Notes: generated from the letters alone by a model not told the origin. A DNA stretch of 64,000 bases from Octopus sinensis (GCF_006345805.1 NC_042997.1:10974001-11038000); one strand, 5' to 3'; counted from the first letter of the stretch, positions 39,101 through 54,900 are shown. Program-made: numbers and translations.

Positions 39101-42100
39101 GGAAGTTTAACTTTGGCAATGTCATACAGCAGTATGCTAAAGATCAGATATAATCTCTTGAGGGTAAGAAATGTAAAATAAAATTTACTATAAACAATAC
39201 AAATACTTATAATTTAATAGCTTTTAATGTGATACCTATTAAACAGAAATTATTTGTATTTAATGAAAGTTTAATAAAATCTAATCATAAGTAAGTGAAA
39301 TTATGCTAAATACAACTAACTTGAAAACCTTTTACCCCTGTCAGCAATTCTGAAAATTTTGGGGTGTGAATTTTACATGAGTAGAAGTTTTTAAAAATTT
39401 TTATCCTAAAAATCACCTGCGTAAATTACATGAGTTTTTATGCATAGATGTACAAATGCATACATATATATTCTTGCATGGATACACTTATGTATTCATA
39501 CATAGGTGCAGGCATGGTTAAGTGATTAAAAAGCTCACTTTGCTACCACATAGATTCTGGCTCAGTCCTACTGTACAGGACCTTAGGTAAATGTCTTCTA
39601 CTAAAGCCCTGAGTCAACCAATTCTTTGTCAGTAAATTTAGTAGAGGAAAGATATGTGGAAGCCCATCGTGTGTGTGTGTGTGCATGTGTGTGTCACCCC
39701 AACCAAACCACTTGGCAACTGATGTTCTTTTGTTTACATCCCTTAAATTAGTACTTCAGAAAAAGAGACTGATGGGATAAGTACCAGATTAAAAAAAAAA
39801 AGAGTACTAGGGTTAATTTATTCAACTAAACGCATTCAAAGCAGTAGCACAACATGGCTGCAGTCCAATGACTGAAATAAGTAAAAGAAAAAAGGATATA
39901 TATACATGCATAGGCGTATAATCATACAAATAAATGTGCAAAAGGTTACAAGTGGAGCAGAGCAGTCTCGCTAATTAGTGATGCTAAATATCCTGAAAAA
40001 TCCAACAAGATGCATATGTACATACTCCATAACATAAGCATGAAGCTTTACAATAATGATGGAAAGGAAACAATAAGTTACATTATCCAGAACTATTGTA
40101 GAATTTTTGTCAGAAATTCTTTATTTCTAGATCGTAGCTTCAAAATATTTTAAGGCTAAAAATTTTGTGTGAAAAATCCAGTAACACAATATAAAAGAAC
40201 ATACATTTTCAAATGTTCCTGTTGATCTATTCCAATCAACTTTTACTTTTTTCGCTTTTTCAATATGCATCAAGCAAAAAAAGTCTAAGTTATAGCAGCA
40301 TTTTATCATATTTCAAAAAGGAAAATGGTATTTAGAAGCCAAACCTCTTATAAAATTTCTGACAGAAAACAACAAAATAAAGAAATGTTAAACATGTTAA
40401 TTAAAAAAGAATATTATACTTACTTAGCAGTTGTTAGTAGAACAAAAAGACTAACAAAAGAGTCCTGGATAGTACTGAAATACTAAAGAAACAATCAAAA
40501 TAAGAAAAATCAAAATGATAATAGAAACAATATTAAATCTTTCTACTTTCAGCACAATGCCTAAAATTGTAAGGGAAGGAGCTAGTTAATTACATTGGCC
40601 CCACTCCTTGACAGGTACATTATTTTATTGATTCCAAAAGGATGAAAGGCTAAGTTGACCTCAGCAGATTTGAACTCAGAACATAATGAGTCAGAAGAAA
40701 AACTGCTGAGCATTTTATCCAACATGTTAATGATTCTGCCAACTTAATGCCTTAATAATACTAATAATAATCCTGTCTATTATAAGCAGAGGCCTGAAAT
40801 TTAATGGGAAAAGGCTAGTTGATGACATCAGTGGTCAACCAGTACTTATTTTATTGACCTCCGAAAGGACGAAAGGTAAAGTCAGCCATGGCAAAATTTA
40901 AGCCAAGAAAGTAAAGTCAGAAGAAATGCTGTTAAGTATTTTAAGTGATGTGGTAATGATTCTACCTGCTTACTGCCATATTCTTTTGATTATGGGCAAA
41001 AGGCCTGAAATTTTGAAGAGAAGTTAGTCAATTACATCAACCTCAGTGTTTGACTGGTATTTATTTTATCAACCCCAGATGAAAAGCAAAGATGACCCAG
41101 AACATAAAACCATAAAAAATGCTAAGTATTTTGTCCAGCATGGTAACAGCTTTGTCAGTTTGCTGCCTTAATAATAACAACAACAATGATACCAACAATA
41201 ATGCCATCAACAACACCAACATCACCACCACCAATATCATTCTTTTTTCTTCAATGATAAAACATATTTACTGGATGGGGTAATTGATGTGACAAAAGTA
41301 TCAATGATACAGATGATCTGGTTTCATATGAGAATATAAAGTGGTTCAAATTAGCTTATTGGTATCATTACAATTTATGTCTCAAGAAATTAAATAGAAA
41401 GATATTCGATGGAGTAGTTTAAATTGGAATTTTTGCGGGGTTGGAGTTCCAACTTTCTGGAAAAGGAATAATTGGAATACTGAGTCTAAATCAAAAGAGA
41501 TTTTGGATTTTTTTTTTTTTTTTTTTGTTAAGTAAGAAAACAATTTTGTCAGATTCTGAATGTCTTGTGCTCAAAATGAAAACCTGAAGACTTTTTCGTT
41601 TGTTGGTTGGATGGTGGTTTTAATACTATCAAATAATGCGACAGAAGAGTTTTAGAAAAAAATTTCCACCTAAATAATAAATACTTTGTACTCCTGTGAC
41701 AATACCACCGTGAATTCTTCACTAAAAAAAAATTAATAAAACAAATTGAGTATAAACTTATCATTAGCACACCATCATTATCATTATCAAAATCAAATTG
41801 ATTTTCCAAAAAAAAACATGACTGTATGATTTTCACAATACTGACCTTACAGTCAGTGCACTTTTACAATCTACAGAGACAAAATTCAAAGGTCACTTTT
41901 GAATTTATTTCTTTTTAAAGGATGCATAGACATTTCCAATGTATTCATAGAGCAATTATAATAAAACTAACTAAAAACTTATTACCTCCGCCAAGGAAGG
42001 AGGTTATACATCGATGTTGGTTTGTCCGTCTGTGTGCAAAATAACTCAAAAAGTTGTGAGCGGTATTTGATGATGAAACTTGCAGGACAAGTTGGTAATG

Positions 42101-45100
42101 CACAAGGAACAGATGATGTAATTTTGGTAGTGATCTGGGAATTTTATGGATTCTTGAAGGAGTTTTCATTTGTTATATTTACTTTACATGAAGTATTACA
42201 ATATTACGTTCTTTGATTATCTCCCTTGAAAATACGTTCATCATTTCAACATAACCTATGGTGGCATTGCTGTTTCCAAAGTTTATTTTCATTTCTCTAT
42301 TAATAATTTTACTCGCATTGTGTGTGTATCACTCAAGTTTTAGGTAATTGTTGTTTCTTTTTAGTTGTCTGGTGAAACTAGCTTTCTGTTGTCATTGATG
42401 TATTATAACTGCTTCAGATGATTCTTGTTTTTAAGGGTTTTTAAAAAAAAAATCATATAGCTGTGTTATTTTTTTAAACTCTGCCAAGGAGGTTATGATT
42501 TTGCCAGTGTTGGTTTGGGAAATTGGGCTATTTTCAGCATGTGTGTATATGGGTGGAAATGAGCTGCTTGGTGGAGGTCTGCGCTCTCCAAGTGCTTTTC
42601 TAGTTATTACATACATTAAAATGTCAATGTGTTTTATACACAGTAAAGTCACTGCATATTATACACAAAAGTTATTTTTTCCTAAGATTTCATTGCCTAT
42701 TATTAGGTATGTACATTATACATAAATATGGTATATGAAAATCAAAGCATTGGAATACAAAAGTATTATCAGATGTTTAATTGATACATGTATTTCAATT
42801 ACCTTTATTTCCTGTTCTTACCAAATGACATATAATTAAAATATCTCTAACTAGTTTGTACTAATGAAACGTAATGATGTTCAAACTATTCAATCTACAG
42901 ATAAGTATTGTATTTAAAATCAAATTAAATTAAATATAAGCACAAGCTTGACTGTGTGGTTAAGAAGTTCTCTTCTCAACTATGTTGCTTCAGGTTCAGT
43001 TTCACTACATGGCACCTTAGTCTTCCACTATAGCCCTGGACCAACTAAAGCTTTGTGAGTAGATTTGGTAGACAGAAACTGAAAGAAGCCTATCATGTGT
43101 ATGTATGTGTCTCTCTCTTTCTCTCTCTTTCCTTGTCTTGACATGACAAGATACCCATAAATAAATGTCACTGACATAGTAGCAAAGTCCAGTTTCCAGT
43201 CTTCCATGAAAATATGTCTGACTATGGGTAAATATTACTTTGCTTGTAAACAGGTGTGGGTTGGCAACAAGAAGGATATCTGGCTGAAGAAAATCTGCCT
43301 CAACAAATTCCATCTGACCCATGCAAATATGGAAAAGTTGATGCTAAAACAATGATGATGATTAAATAAAAAATAAAGTGATTTTCCTTAATTAACAAAA
43401 ATAATTAAATGTCAATTAAGACTTCTCTCCTAAGTAAAGAAACTGAAACTACAATATAAAAGAAATCCCAAACAAACATCTGTGAAATTCTTCACTTAAT
43501 GCACAATGGTAGGATAAATTCCAGGACATGCAAGCATAGAGCTCATGATGCCTTATTTCACACACTCATAATGGCTGCAAGGATTAAAAAATGGCTTGCT
43601 TCTATCATCAACTTTAGATAAATTAGAATCATTAGTAATTATAATTTCAAAAAAACTCAAAAACATATCCAAAAATAAAAAACAACACTAAAGAATATGA
43701 AAAAACATAAAACCATCCATAACAGCAAATTTTTATTTGAAATTGAATTAATAAAATATTTATAAAAAGAAGTAAAACTCAGAACGGAAGATATTTTAAC
43801 AAGTTATAATAAAAAAATTTATATACTTACAGTATAGTTGTTTATGTCAGAAAACAGATAAAATCCTTTCAAAAAAAAAAAATGAAAAAAACATTGAAAC
43901 AATTGAAAAGATTCATAACATAATAGACATGATTTATTAACCTTATTCTAATATTAATCTTTATTAGTGTTGTATATAAATATTAGACCTTAAATTTATG
44001 AAGAAAGCAAAAACAGGATGGTGCAACATTCCTTTTATGGGCATTAATAATATAGGTAAAATGAAATGAGTGAGGGATTACACTCAAGAATACTTTACTC
44101 TTACCCTATAATGCTCATCACTTTTGTGGAATATAAATAAAATGTCTACAACTTCAGTGACTAGTTGGTTCAATAAGCTGAATTACTGATTCCTAACATT
44201 TGTAATCTATAGTACCCTAAATTAAATGGTGATGATACAAATGAAGAGGAAGAAAAGGCGCTGTCTTGATTTCAATAGAAGCATATAATTAGCAGATTCA
44301 AAAGAACAGAGGTAATTTTAGTAGGTAACATTAAAAAATAGAGAGATAAGACACCTTTTACATGGGACTAGGTATTTGAATATATTAGTGATAGATAGGT
44401 TGCTGTTTTGCCTAAGATCATCCATGAGCGAGCAAATCTATGATGAATGGTTTTCAAGAAATGTTAATCTAAAACTAAATTATTTTTTATGTCCTGCATC
44501 TTTCTAAGAGAGTAATATATGAGGAGTGATTAGCTGCTGTTTTTATCAACAAACATATAAAAGTTCTCTCACTGACACATGGCAGACAGGCATGTTTGTT
44601 TGTGTGTATGTATGTATATGCACATATGTGAGTGAATGCACTGTATGAATTGGTCATTGATGTACAGGAAGAGAGTTGGAGAGAAAACTGAATCTTAAGA
44701 TATTATAACATTAATGAGCTGGGTTAGGAAAAAACTGTCAAACAATTGAACTAACTTTCTAAAAATGTTCTGATCCTGATGGTTAGTTTTCCAATAAGAT
44801 TTCTGAAAAGCTTTGCTTAATGCAGACAATATCTTTATATCTTTTCGCTTTTTTAATTTTATACTAGCATAGCTGGGATGGCTTTTTAAAAATTAAATTA
44901 ATCTACAGTTGGATGTCCTCCTTAATGTTGGCTACTCAATCACAAGGCAGAAATGAAATATGTTGTCAATTAAGTGCCCATCTAAGTATTAAGCTGGACA
45001 GATTGAAGCCACCAGTTATATCACTTTTAATTTGGGCAGAATTCATTTGGAGTAGGCATATATAAATTCCCAATCAAATAATAATAAGCACAGGAGTGGC

Positions 45101-48100
45101 TGTGTGGTAAGAAGCTTGCTGCCCAACCACATGGTTCTAGGTTGTCTCACTATGTGGCACCTTGGGCAAGTGTCTTCTACTATAGCCTCAGGCCAACCAA
45201 AGCCTTGTGATAGACAGAAGCTGAAAAAAGCCTGTTGTGTGTGTGTATTTGTGTGTCTGTCCCTCCACCATTGATGTTGGTGTGTTTACATTCCCATAAC
45301 TTAGTGGCTCAGCAAAAGTGACCAATAGAATAAATACTAGGCTTACAAAGAATAAGTCCTGGGGTCAATTTGTTTGACTAAATGCAGTGCTTCAGCATGG
45401 AGACGGTCAAATGACTGAAACAAATAAAAGAATACCCTAACAATTATTATTCTCAATATGTTTTTTTTTAAATCACTCCATGTGATGCTGTTTTATAAGG
45501 TATAGACTGGATGATGACTGAGCTAATTGGATGAAAAAAAAATACCTTATCATTTACATATAAGGCAGTGAATTGTCAGAATTGTTAGTGTTGAACCAAA
45601 TGCTTAGTAGTATTTCTTCTGCTTTAGGTTTTGGGTTCAAACCTTGCTATGGTCAACTTTGTTTTTCAAACTTTTAGGGTCAATAAAACAAGTACCAGTT
45701 GAACACTGGAGCTGGTATGATTGACTTGCCACCTCCCATAAAATTACTGGACATATATAAAAATTTGAAATTATTAACATTTATATGTTTGATGGTGACT
45801 AGTGTAATGATATATGTAGTAGTAAACTAATATAAAAATGCAAGTAAGAAATATTAATAATTTGTTGAGGTATAAGCCTGCCATTGGTAAAGCATTGAGT
45901 ATGAGATCAATATTCTTAACTTTGAAATGGCCCAGTCCATCTAACTATTAAAGGTAACAAAGGTAGGTACACATTTCATCACAGCAAGTTGAATCATGGA
46001 TATTTTTTTTAAGACTCCATTAACTACCATGAGAGTAAGCTAGAGGTAATAGAGAGCTTCCATTACCTAGGTGATCAAGTTAGTAGTGGAGGTGTATGCT
46101 CCGAGAGCATAACTCTCTGAATAAGACTAGGGCAAAATTTAGAGAGCTCCTGCCTGTGCTGACAACAAAGGGTCTCTCTCTGAGTGAAAAGCAGACTGTA
46201 TGATGCCTGTGTGCAAACAGCTATGCTACATGGCAGTGAAACATGGGCTGTAACACCCAAGGACATGTGCAGGCTTGAAAGAAATGAAACCAGTATGCTT
46301 CGCTGGATGTGCAATGTTAGTGTGCATGTTCAACAGAGTGAAAGCATCTTGAGAGAAAAGATAAGCATAAGAAGCATCAGATGTGGTGTGGAAGAGAGAC
46401 AAATGTGCTGATATAGTAATTTGATGCCTATAGATGAGGACAGCTGTGTAAAGAAGTGCTGATCTCTAACTGTGGAGGGAACCTGTGGTAGAGGTCGATT
46501 ATCTCCAAACTTTGGGCCTCACAGAGGAAATGACGAGTGACTGAGAGCTTTGGTGATATGCTGTACTCGAGAGAACCCATCAAGCCAAGTGAAATCATAG
46601 TCATGGCTGATGCTCATGTCACATAATTGGCACCCATGCAGGTGACGCATAAAAAGCACCTTTCACGCACTGAGCCTCATGAAGGCAAAGTAGTTGAGCT
46701 CCTTTCAAGTGTTGGGCTTCAAAGAGTCAATGACCAAGACCTCTGGCATTATGTTGTGCTTGAGAAGACCCATCAAGGTAACTAAAATCGCAGTCACGGC
46801 AGCTACCAATGTCATGCCAGTGGCATGTAAAAGCACCTTTCAAGCATTGGGCCTCACGGTGGCAAGGACGAGACCAGTTGGCACTATGCTGTGCTTTGAA
46901 CATTGGGCCTCATGGAGGCAATGACTGAGTCCATTTGGCATTATGCTGTGCTTGAGAAAAAGACCCAAGTCAAGTAAAACCACAGTCGTGACAGATACCG
47001 GTGTCATGAAAATGTCTCCCATGTTGGTGGCACATAATAGCACCCATTAACTCTCAGAGTGGTCAGCTTTAGAAACCATGCCAAAACAGACTGGAATCTG
47101 GTGCAGCCTTCCAGCTTGCCAGCCCTAATCAAACCGTCAAACCCATGCCAGCATGGACAATGGGCATTAAATGATGATGAAGAGGATGGGACTGTTATCT
47201 TTGGCCTTTACAAGACTGCGCAGACTGAAGACTTAACAAGTGCTTTTTCTGCTTGCAGTGCTGAGCTAAATTCCACTGGTGTGATATCAATGTGCTATAC
47301 AGAAATATATTTGGGTCTATGGTTCGTAAAATAATGAAAAATAGATATATACACTGTCCTTATAAACTGAAAGGACACACCATTAGGATAGATTAGTAAA
47401 GTCATTAAATCATATAAGAAAATTCTGGCAAGAGTAATTTATATGGTTTTACTGACCTAAGATAGAAAATATCAACATAAAAAATAGCAACAGTAGAAGC
47501 ATGTCAAAAATTGGCCGTAGAGATTGAAAGATTTGACGTGTAAATCTGGAAAATAAAACAAATAAATACAAAAAGTGATTTATTGTTCAAATTATTGTTC
47601 TTAATTTCTTCGACCATTCATTTTTTCAATGCACATGAACATTTGCAATTAATCATATTTCTATATAATCTTGACTTTTCAATTGATAGAATGAGAAAAC
47701 AATACTTTATATTGTCTGAAAAAAATCATATTTTGGGAAACATATCTCACTCTATAGATTACCACACCTTTATTTCTGTATGTGAACTTACAATGTAAAG
47801 GGATATGAGTCAGAGTTTCCTCTGGATAATTCTGTATGTGGTTGCTCAATATACTAGAAACAGCAACCAAGTCTCCCTCAAATTACATCCTACTAACTTA
47901 AAAAATGGAAGGACATATTGTCTGAAGGAGAAAAAAAGATTATAGTCACAGATGAAATACCTTTAACCATAAGGCAGTTCAATTAAGGTTTACCTAGAAT
48001 AAGATAACACTAGCAGCAAAAGTAGAATTGCCTGTGATATACATTGCTTCCAACTTCTACTGATACCAGTAACATGCCAGTTATAGCGTAATGGACTGCA

Positions 48101-51100
48101 TGTTGCACATGGAAATGAAACATGACATCACTCACAATCCCATTTTCAAATGCAACTATCAACATGGCAACCAAGGAAGAAGAAAAAGGAAGACAAGTCT
48201 TGAAATTTTTTCATTAAGAGTTACTGGTATATTCAAGCGCAGTTGTATGTTAGCCAATTTATTGTTTTAACCCACTGCCACTGAGAACGCTTTGTTAGAA
48301 GACTTCAACTTTTTATATTCCCTTTACCATCTTTTTCTCTTTCCAGCTGGGGAAGCAATGTACCTCCTCTTTAACAAGACACCTATTATTGTTCCTTTTT
48401 CATACTTTAACTTCACAATATCTGGTACACAGTTACCCCCTCAATACTACACCCCTAGTTAAGGGGTCTTGTCTTGTAAGTTACTTGGTGAGCTCACAAA
48501 TGCTAGTTGACCCAAAAAAGTACCCAATACCATATGTAGAATGGTTGGCATTAGGAAGGGCATCCAACCACAGAAACTACGCCAAAGTAAACACAGAAGC
48601 TCAGCCCAGGCCCCACATGTCGAGCCATCCAAACCATGCCAAAATGGAAAATAGATTATAAACAATGATGATGATGATGACAACAACAACTGCTTCTGGT
48701 ATTAACAATGCCATGTGATCACATTTACCACAGATGATTAAAGCTATGAAGACCAGATTAAGATGATATGTAATATATCTGCAATATAGCTTCATCTTGC
48801 TTGAAAAATGTATAAAAGGAAAGGAGCCAACCTTCGAACGCCTTTGCAATAATAGGAATCCATAAGAAAGAATGGCCTCACAGCTCTGGTCACCCGTAAG
48901 TGGTTCTTCTGACGACATATCATTACAAAAGCTTCCACTAACATGACTAATAACAGAAACATCTGAAAATTACAAAAGAAATTTATCTCAGTAATGGCAA
49001 AATTATGAATTGCAATTTTAATATTTTTATTCATTTAAATTCTATAACAAGAAAACAAATGTGAAGGAAGAGAGAGGTGGGGAGAAAATTGAAGAAATAA
49101 TTAAGAGAAACTTTATATAGAAAGTGGGAAGATCACTGAAAGATGGAGTGTGTCTCATCAAATTTTTCTGATATAAGATAAGACAAAGGCCCCTCAGTAT
49201 CGATAGTCAATAATCCAGTACAAGATTAACTACTATGAATCTAAGCAAAAATAAGTCTGGAAATACCCAAATGTTTTTATACAAATGTTCCTCAGGCTTA
49301 CAGTAGATCATTCTAAAAATAGTTAAAAAAAACATTGTCAACCCTATATCAGACGTTTTACTAAAAATTTATAAACACTGAATATAGATATTAATAACAG
49401 CATGCACAATATTGGCGCCTCTACCATAATTGGTTCAATATTGCAAAAAGTTTGTTTGCTATCAAAAAATTACCTCTGATTTGATACAACTTTTAAGGAC
49501 TGAATATTATGTTTACACTTACAGGAGTCTAAGTATAAACATGAAAAGCTGTGTTTATAGTACCAGATTAGTTTCTAACACAATTACCAAAGGTGTTAAA
49601 TGGAAATAATTAAACTTACTTGCAACTTGTAACCTTACACATTTCAAGGCGTTTAGCTAAATTGTTTAATATTCTTGTTTTCACCAGTATGTTAGCAAAC
49701 CCATAAATCACTGGACAGGAGAAACCCCAAGCCACCGCCACCAGAATCTTAACCAATTAAAAATATACGGTTCATAATTTGAGATGGAATACTTATATAA
49801 TGGTAATTATATATCTCTTCTTAAATTAATTTTCATCATATTTCAGGTCAAAATAGCTCTACAAAAGTGTTTCAACTATTTTCATTTTGATTATACAATT
49901 ATAAAAGCAGAGTGTCAGAGATCTTGTGGTGAGATGCTAAATCACTGAGTTCATAATTAACACAGTTGAGCTAATCAAAGATTGAATTCCAAGTCAACAC
50001 TCTTCATCTAAATGCAAACATTTATGAGTTATAACCCAATCAAATTGAGAATCACCAAAGAATGGATTTGGTAATTATATATCATTTCACAGTGTTGCCA
50101 AATATCACTTAAGAACACTGAACAAACCTTGATATAGATTTGAGACAAGCCAAGCAAAGTATAGAAGAGAAGTAGAAACCTTTCAAGCGTGTTAAATATA
50201 AGTCTAAGCTGAATGCAGTGACTTAATCCAAACATCTGAAACATTTAACAGAATCAAGGCTGTTTCTTCAGAGAATAAAGTATCATGTTAAACCAACTAT
50301 TCAGTAGAGCCTTCACAGAAGCTCTCTGCATTGTAACTCAAATCCCCATATATTTTTGAAGGACACCTCTTTCTTGATAAACATGTCATTGTAAAATTAG
50401 GACTTCACTAATTGAAAAGCATGCCTGCCATACAAGGAGGTATCTTCACATACTATAAAAATTAGATTATGTTCTTAGACACCTCTTGCTTATCACCATC
50501 CTCAACATTATCATTTAAAGTCCATGTTCCATGCTGGCATGGGTTGGACAGTTTGTCAGGATCTGGTGGGTCCAAAGACTGCATTGTGCTCCAGTATCTA
50601 GTTAGGCATGCTTTCTACAACTGGATGTCCTTCCTAATGCCAACCACTTTACAGCAGACACTAGGTACTTTTTTCATGCTACCAGTACTTGTGAGTTTAC
50701 CATGCAGCTTGCAAGACTATGAGACTTGAGGTGGGGTGGCTTTATGCTAGGACATAAGGAATTAAAGTATGAGGGGAGGGGTCAGAGTAGAACAGATTTC
50801 TTGCTGTAAAGGAGCTACACGGCTTCAGACATTTTAGATAAGAGTTTGATAGAGATCAGGTGGAGCTGAAATTAGATAAAAGTAACAGTGGTGTCCTGGT
50901 GGGCTCTGAAGAGGAGTAAAAGTTAGAGGAGACAGAGGAACCAAGATGTGTAAAGGTAGCAAGAGTGTATGAGAAGGTGAGAGATGGAGATTGAATGATA
51001 GGAGGGGAGGTATGCAACAACTGTAAAGACTGAGTGGGGTTGAAGGGTGGTAGATAAGGAGAGGAAGATGACCAATGATGCAGGAGTTGAGTAGCAGAAT

Positions 51101-51860
51101 AGTAATAATACAGATTACACGGTAGATAGAGGAAGGACAAGAGAGATAACATGTGGTTGGGTAGCTTGCAGGGGTGAGGAGGAAGAGAGAGAGAGAGGGG
51201 CAAGTATAATATGAGAGAGAGAGATGTATAGTGGTGGAGGAAGAGAGAAAATTTTATTGATCATATTCCACCTAAGCAGTGTGGGGTTTGATCAATGAAA
51301 GTATGGGTAGAGAGAACATTGTTAATGGATAAAGGATGGATAACAAGTGAAACAGTTCTGAGTGGTATGCAAAATAAGCGGTATCAAGGAAGAGCTAGAG
51401 TTAGAGAGATAATAGGAGGTGGAGTGTATCTTGAGAAGGAAATTGAATGAAGGGCCCAGTTGTGCATTTCCAGAACTCAGTTTTACCAAGGGGTATTCAA
51501 GAAAAGTATGGAAAGAATTGTGTATTGTGCTTGATGCACAATTATATATAATGGAACTATACACAAGAAAAGGACTAACTTCAAGGTGATATGTGTTATA
51601 GATCATTCAGCTTAACATCTATCATTATTTGAATCTATTGTCAGAGATATGTCTGCTAACAATATAATCAAGAACCTGTTTACTAGGAAACAATATAATA
51701 CTGCCAAACCATAACCCTATAGAAGCCTGGACTGAAAGGCTTCATATGATTATTAATATATACCAGGGGTGGGGAAACTTTTTAATGCAGCAGGCAAAAA
51801 TTTCCAAAGAAAAAGTCTGCAGGCACATCACAAGTTCTAATTCTTATATCTGTACAAGTC

Positions 51861-51919
<59 letters not shown>

Positions 51920-54900
51920 ATATATATATAATTTGATATACATTAATAAAGATAAGTTTAACACATTAAATTAATGATTAACATCATTAACACCACCTCT
52001 GAATTTAGGACGTTTATATTACTCATGAGGTATTCTATATTTTTCAGCTAGAGGGTAGTTGAGTTTCAAGGGGGTGGTACAAACCTAGCAATATGTGTTT
52101 TATAAGGATAACAAAATTTCCATTCAAATGGTAATTGCTGGATGATTTCTGTTCAAGTCTAACGATTTTAAGTCATAGTGGAAACGCAACCTATGTTGCA
52201 AATAGGTGTACGTATATTGTATAAATTTTATAATTGAAAAATTTACAACATTTTGTATATATATGAGATTATCAGCCTGCGTGCACAATTGCACCCATGG
52301 GCGAGGGTTCCCCCACCCCTGATATATACTGACTACAGCAAAATAGTTAATTCAACATTCTGCCACTGTCTATCAAATGTTTAGGCTCTGAAAGTGCAAA
52401 TGAACATTTGTAACTAGGTCAGTGACATCCTTGTAGGAAGAAGACAAACACTTTGTGTTAATGATAGATACTTGAACAGGAAAAATGTAAAGAATAATAC
52501 CTCCAAGATTCTGTTAGGCACAAACCTATTTGTTGTCTTCATATAAGACATATGATTTTCAATTAAAATTATCTACAGTATTTTTGCTGATGACTTTAAA
52601 GTGTTCAGACAAGATAACAATGAAAGTACTAAAATGTAAGAATATCTCTTAGACTATTAAACCATTAATTCATCACTTTATTTAAATAGAATGAATGGCC
52701 TAATAGATAACAATTACCCATTTAATGTAAAAAGCTGTAAAGAAATAAATTTAAATGTTAGAGATTTAAAGCAATGAATACAAAATATGCCACATGTACT
52801 TTCTAATCAGTTGATTCATTCTGGTATCTTTCTCCTCCTACCTTCCCCACATTTTTTTTTTTCAAAACTTCCCCACTTGAAACTCGTTTTACCTTCCCTG
52901 AACTATCTCCTCCTTCACACATTATCTTCTATATTAAGTGATAATTGGTGCATGTCTGCATGCATGTGAGTATTAACCACTTCTAGTTTCTTAATCCCTC
53001 TAACTTTATACCTTCTTGCCACCTATTTTCTTCAGCTTCACATACAATGATATAACATACTTCTCACCTATCCTCACAACACACAACCCATTTTTAATAC
53101 AAATTCTGTACCACAGAAATATGGCCTTATTTTTTTTATTTTTTTTATTTAGTTTCAGCTCACAAGCTGTGGCCATGCTGGGGCACCGCCATTATAAATA
53201 GTCCAGCCACCGGATGCCGAAACAATAAAGTTACATTACTTATCTATAATATAGATATAACAGTTGACATCCTGAAAGAGCTACCGTTGTTAGTTAAATT
53301 ATTTAAAATAATAAACTATATTCTTTTACTTGTTTCAGCCATTTGACTCTGGTCATGCTGAAGTACATGCGTCTCGAAACTAGCCAACAGAAATTTCTAA
53401 AACATTCTGTTATTACCATATTGGTCCCAATTTCAGAGTTAATTCATAAGAATTTTCTCCTCGTCAGCGATAAATACATAAGACATAAATGAAATACTTA
53501 CTCATACCCATGGAAAAAGCAAGCACTAAGTCATGAGCAGACCTAAGTACCCCAAATATATCCAAAATAAAAAATCTTCAGCATATCTCGAGACACGTGC
53601 GATTCGAACTAGAAACTTTCACAGAGTGAGGGAGTCCGGAAGTGAACACTATCAAATTCACATCTAAGATAGGATAACATTTTTTGAAAAAAATTTTATC
53701 AATGGCCAGCATATTAAAATGGCGGTGCCCCAGCATGGCCACAGCTCATTAGCTGAAACTGGAAAAATCAAAATCATATTAAAAAATACCTTTAACGGTT
53801 AAATTTATAAATAACTTATAAAACAAGGACAAAAGAAAAAAATTCTAATGCCAAATATGCCGAAAATAGACAAATTGTCAATAACCATTATAATTTATCA
53901 CTATTAACATGCAACGAAGAGAAAATTCTTATGAATTAACTCTGAAATTGGGACCAATACGGTAATAATGGAATTTTTTAGAAATTTCTGTCAGCTAGTT
54001 TCGAGACACATGTTAATAGTGATAAATTATAATGGTTATTGACAATTTGTCTATTTTTGGCATATTTGGCATTAGAATTTTTTTCTTTTGCCCTTGTTTT
54101 ATAAGTTATATATATGACGGGCTTCTTTCAGGTTCCATCTACCAAATCCACTCACAAGGCTTTGGTCAGCCTGAGACATTTGCCCAAGGTGTCATGCAGT
54201 GAGACTGAACTTGGAACCATGTGGTTGGTAAAGAAGCTACTTACCACAGCCACTCCTGCACCTATTATAATGATAATGTTTCAATTTGTTCAGCAAAATT
54301 GGACAAAAGTTTTAATTTGTACCTAGGAATAACCATAAATCTGTTTTTGTTTTTCAACCAAGTTAATAGAAAAAAAAATTTGTTTAATTAGTTCAAAAAA
54401 ATATTTTTCATCACTGTGGTAAGGTGAGAAATAAAGAAAAATTGATTTTAACACACATTGAGAGAGAGAGAGAGAGAGAGATAATACTAACCTTTAATAC
54501 TGTTCGTTTATGTTTGAAAAATGTTCTAAATTTTAACCATTTCAACCGAATTCCAAGAATCAGTGCTAAAATTAATAAACAAAAGAGCTCAAGAGAGCTA
54601 TGAACCTGAAATTGAGATTTAAACTGAATATTAGATTTAATAAATATAGATATTCTATTATTATTTCTATTATATTTTGAAAGAAACTGTGACAGTTACT
54701 TTCAGCCAGCTATCAATTGCTTATTCAGAATGGTGACATATTTGTGAATACAATGTCCCCACAGAGTCTAAGTTAGAAGCATGATGCTCACTATATTACA
54801 AATATAGATTACATCAAGTATTGGGGATTGATTTAATTAACTACATTCCCTCTGTAGCAGAGAGCAGGGTATAATTAATTAAATCAATTCCCAGTACTTG

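Noticed and set aside
50780-51600. Purine-rich tract with minus-strand ORFs 50856..51203 and 51322..51606
   Set aside because: Low-complexity Ser/Pro/Leu translation with no recognisable motif; probably an old retroelement remnant
54815-54900. Short hairpin as a structured ncRNA
   Set aside because: Explained by two SINE B 3' fragments placed back to back
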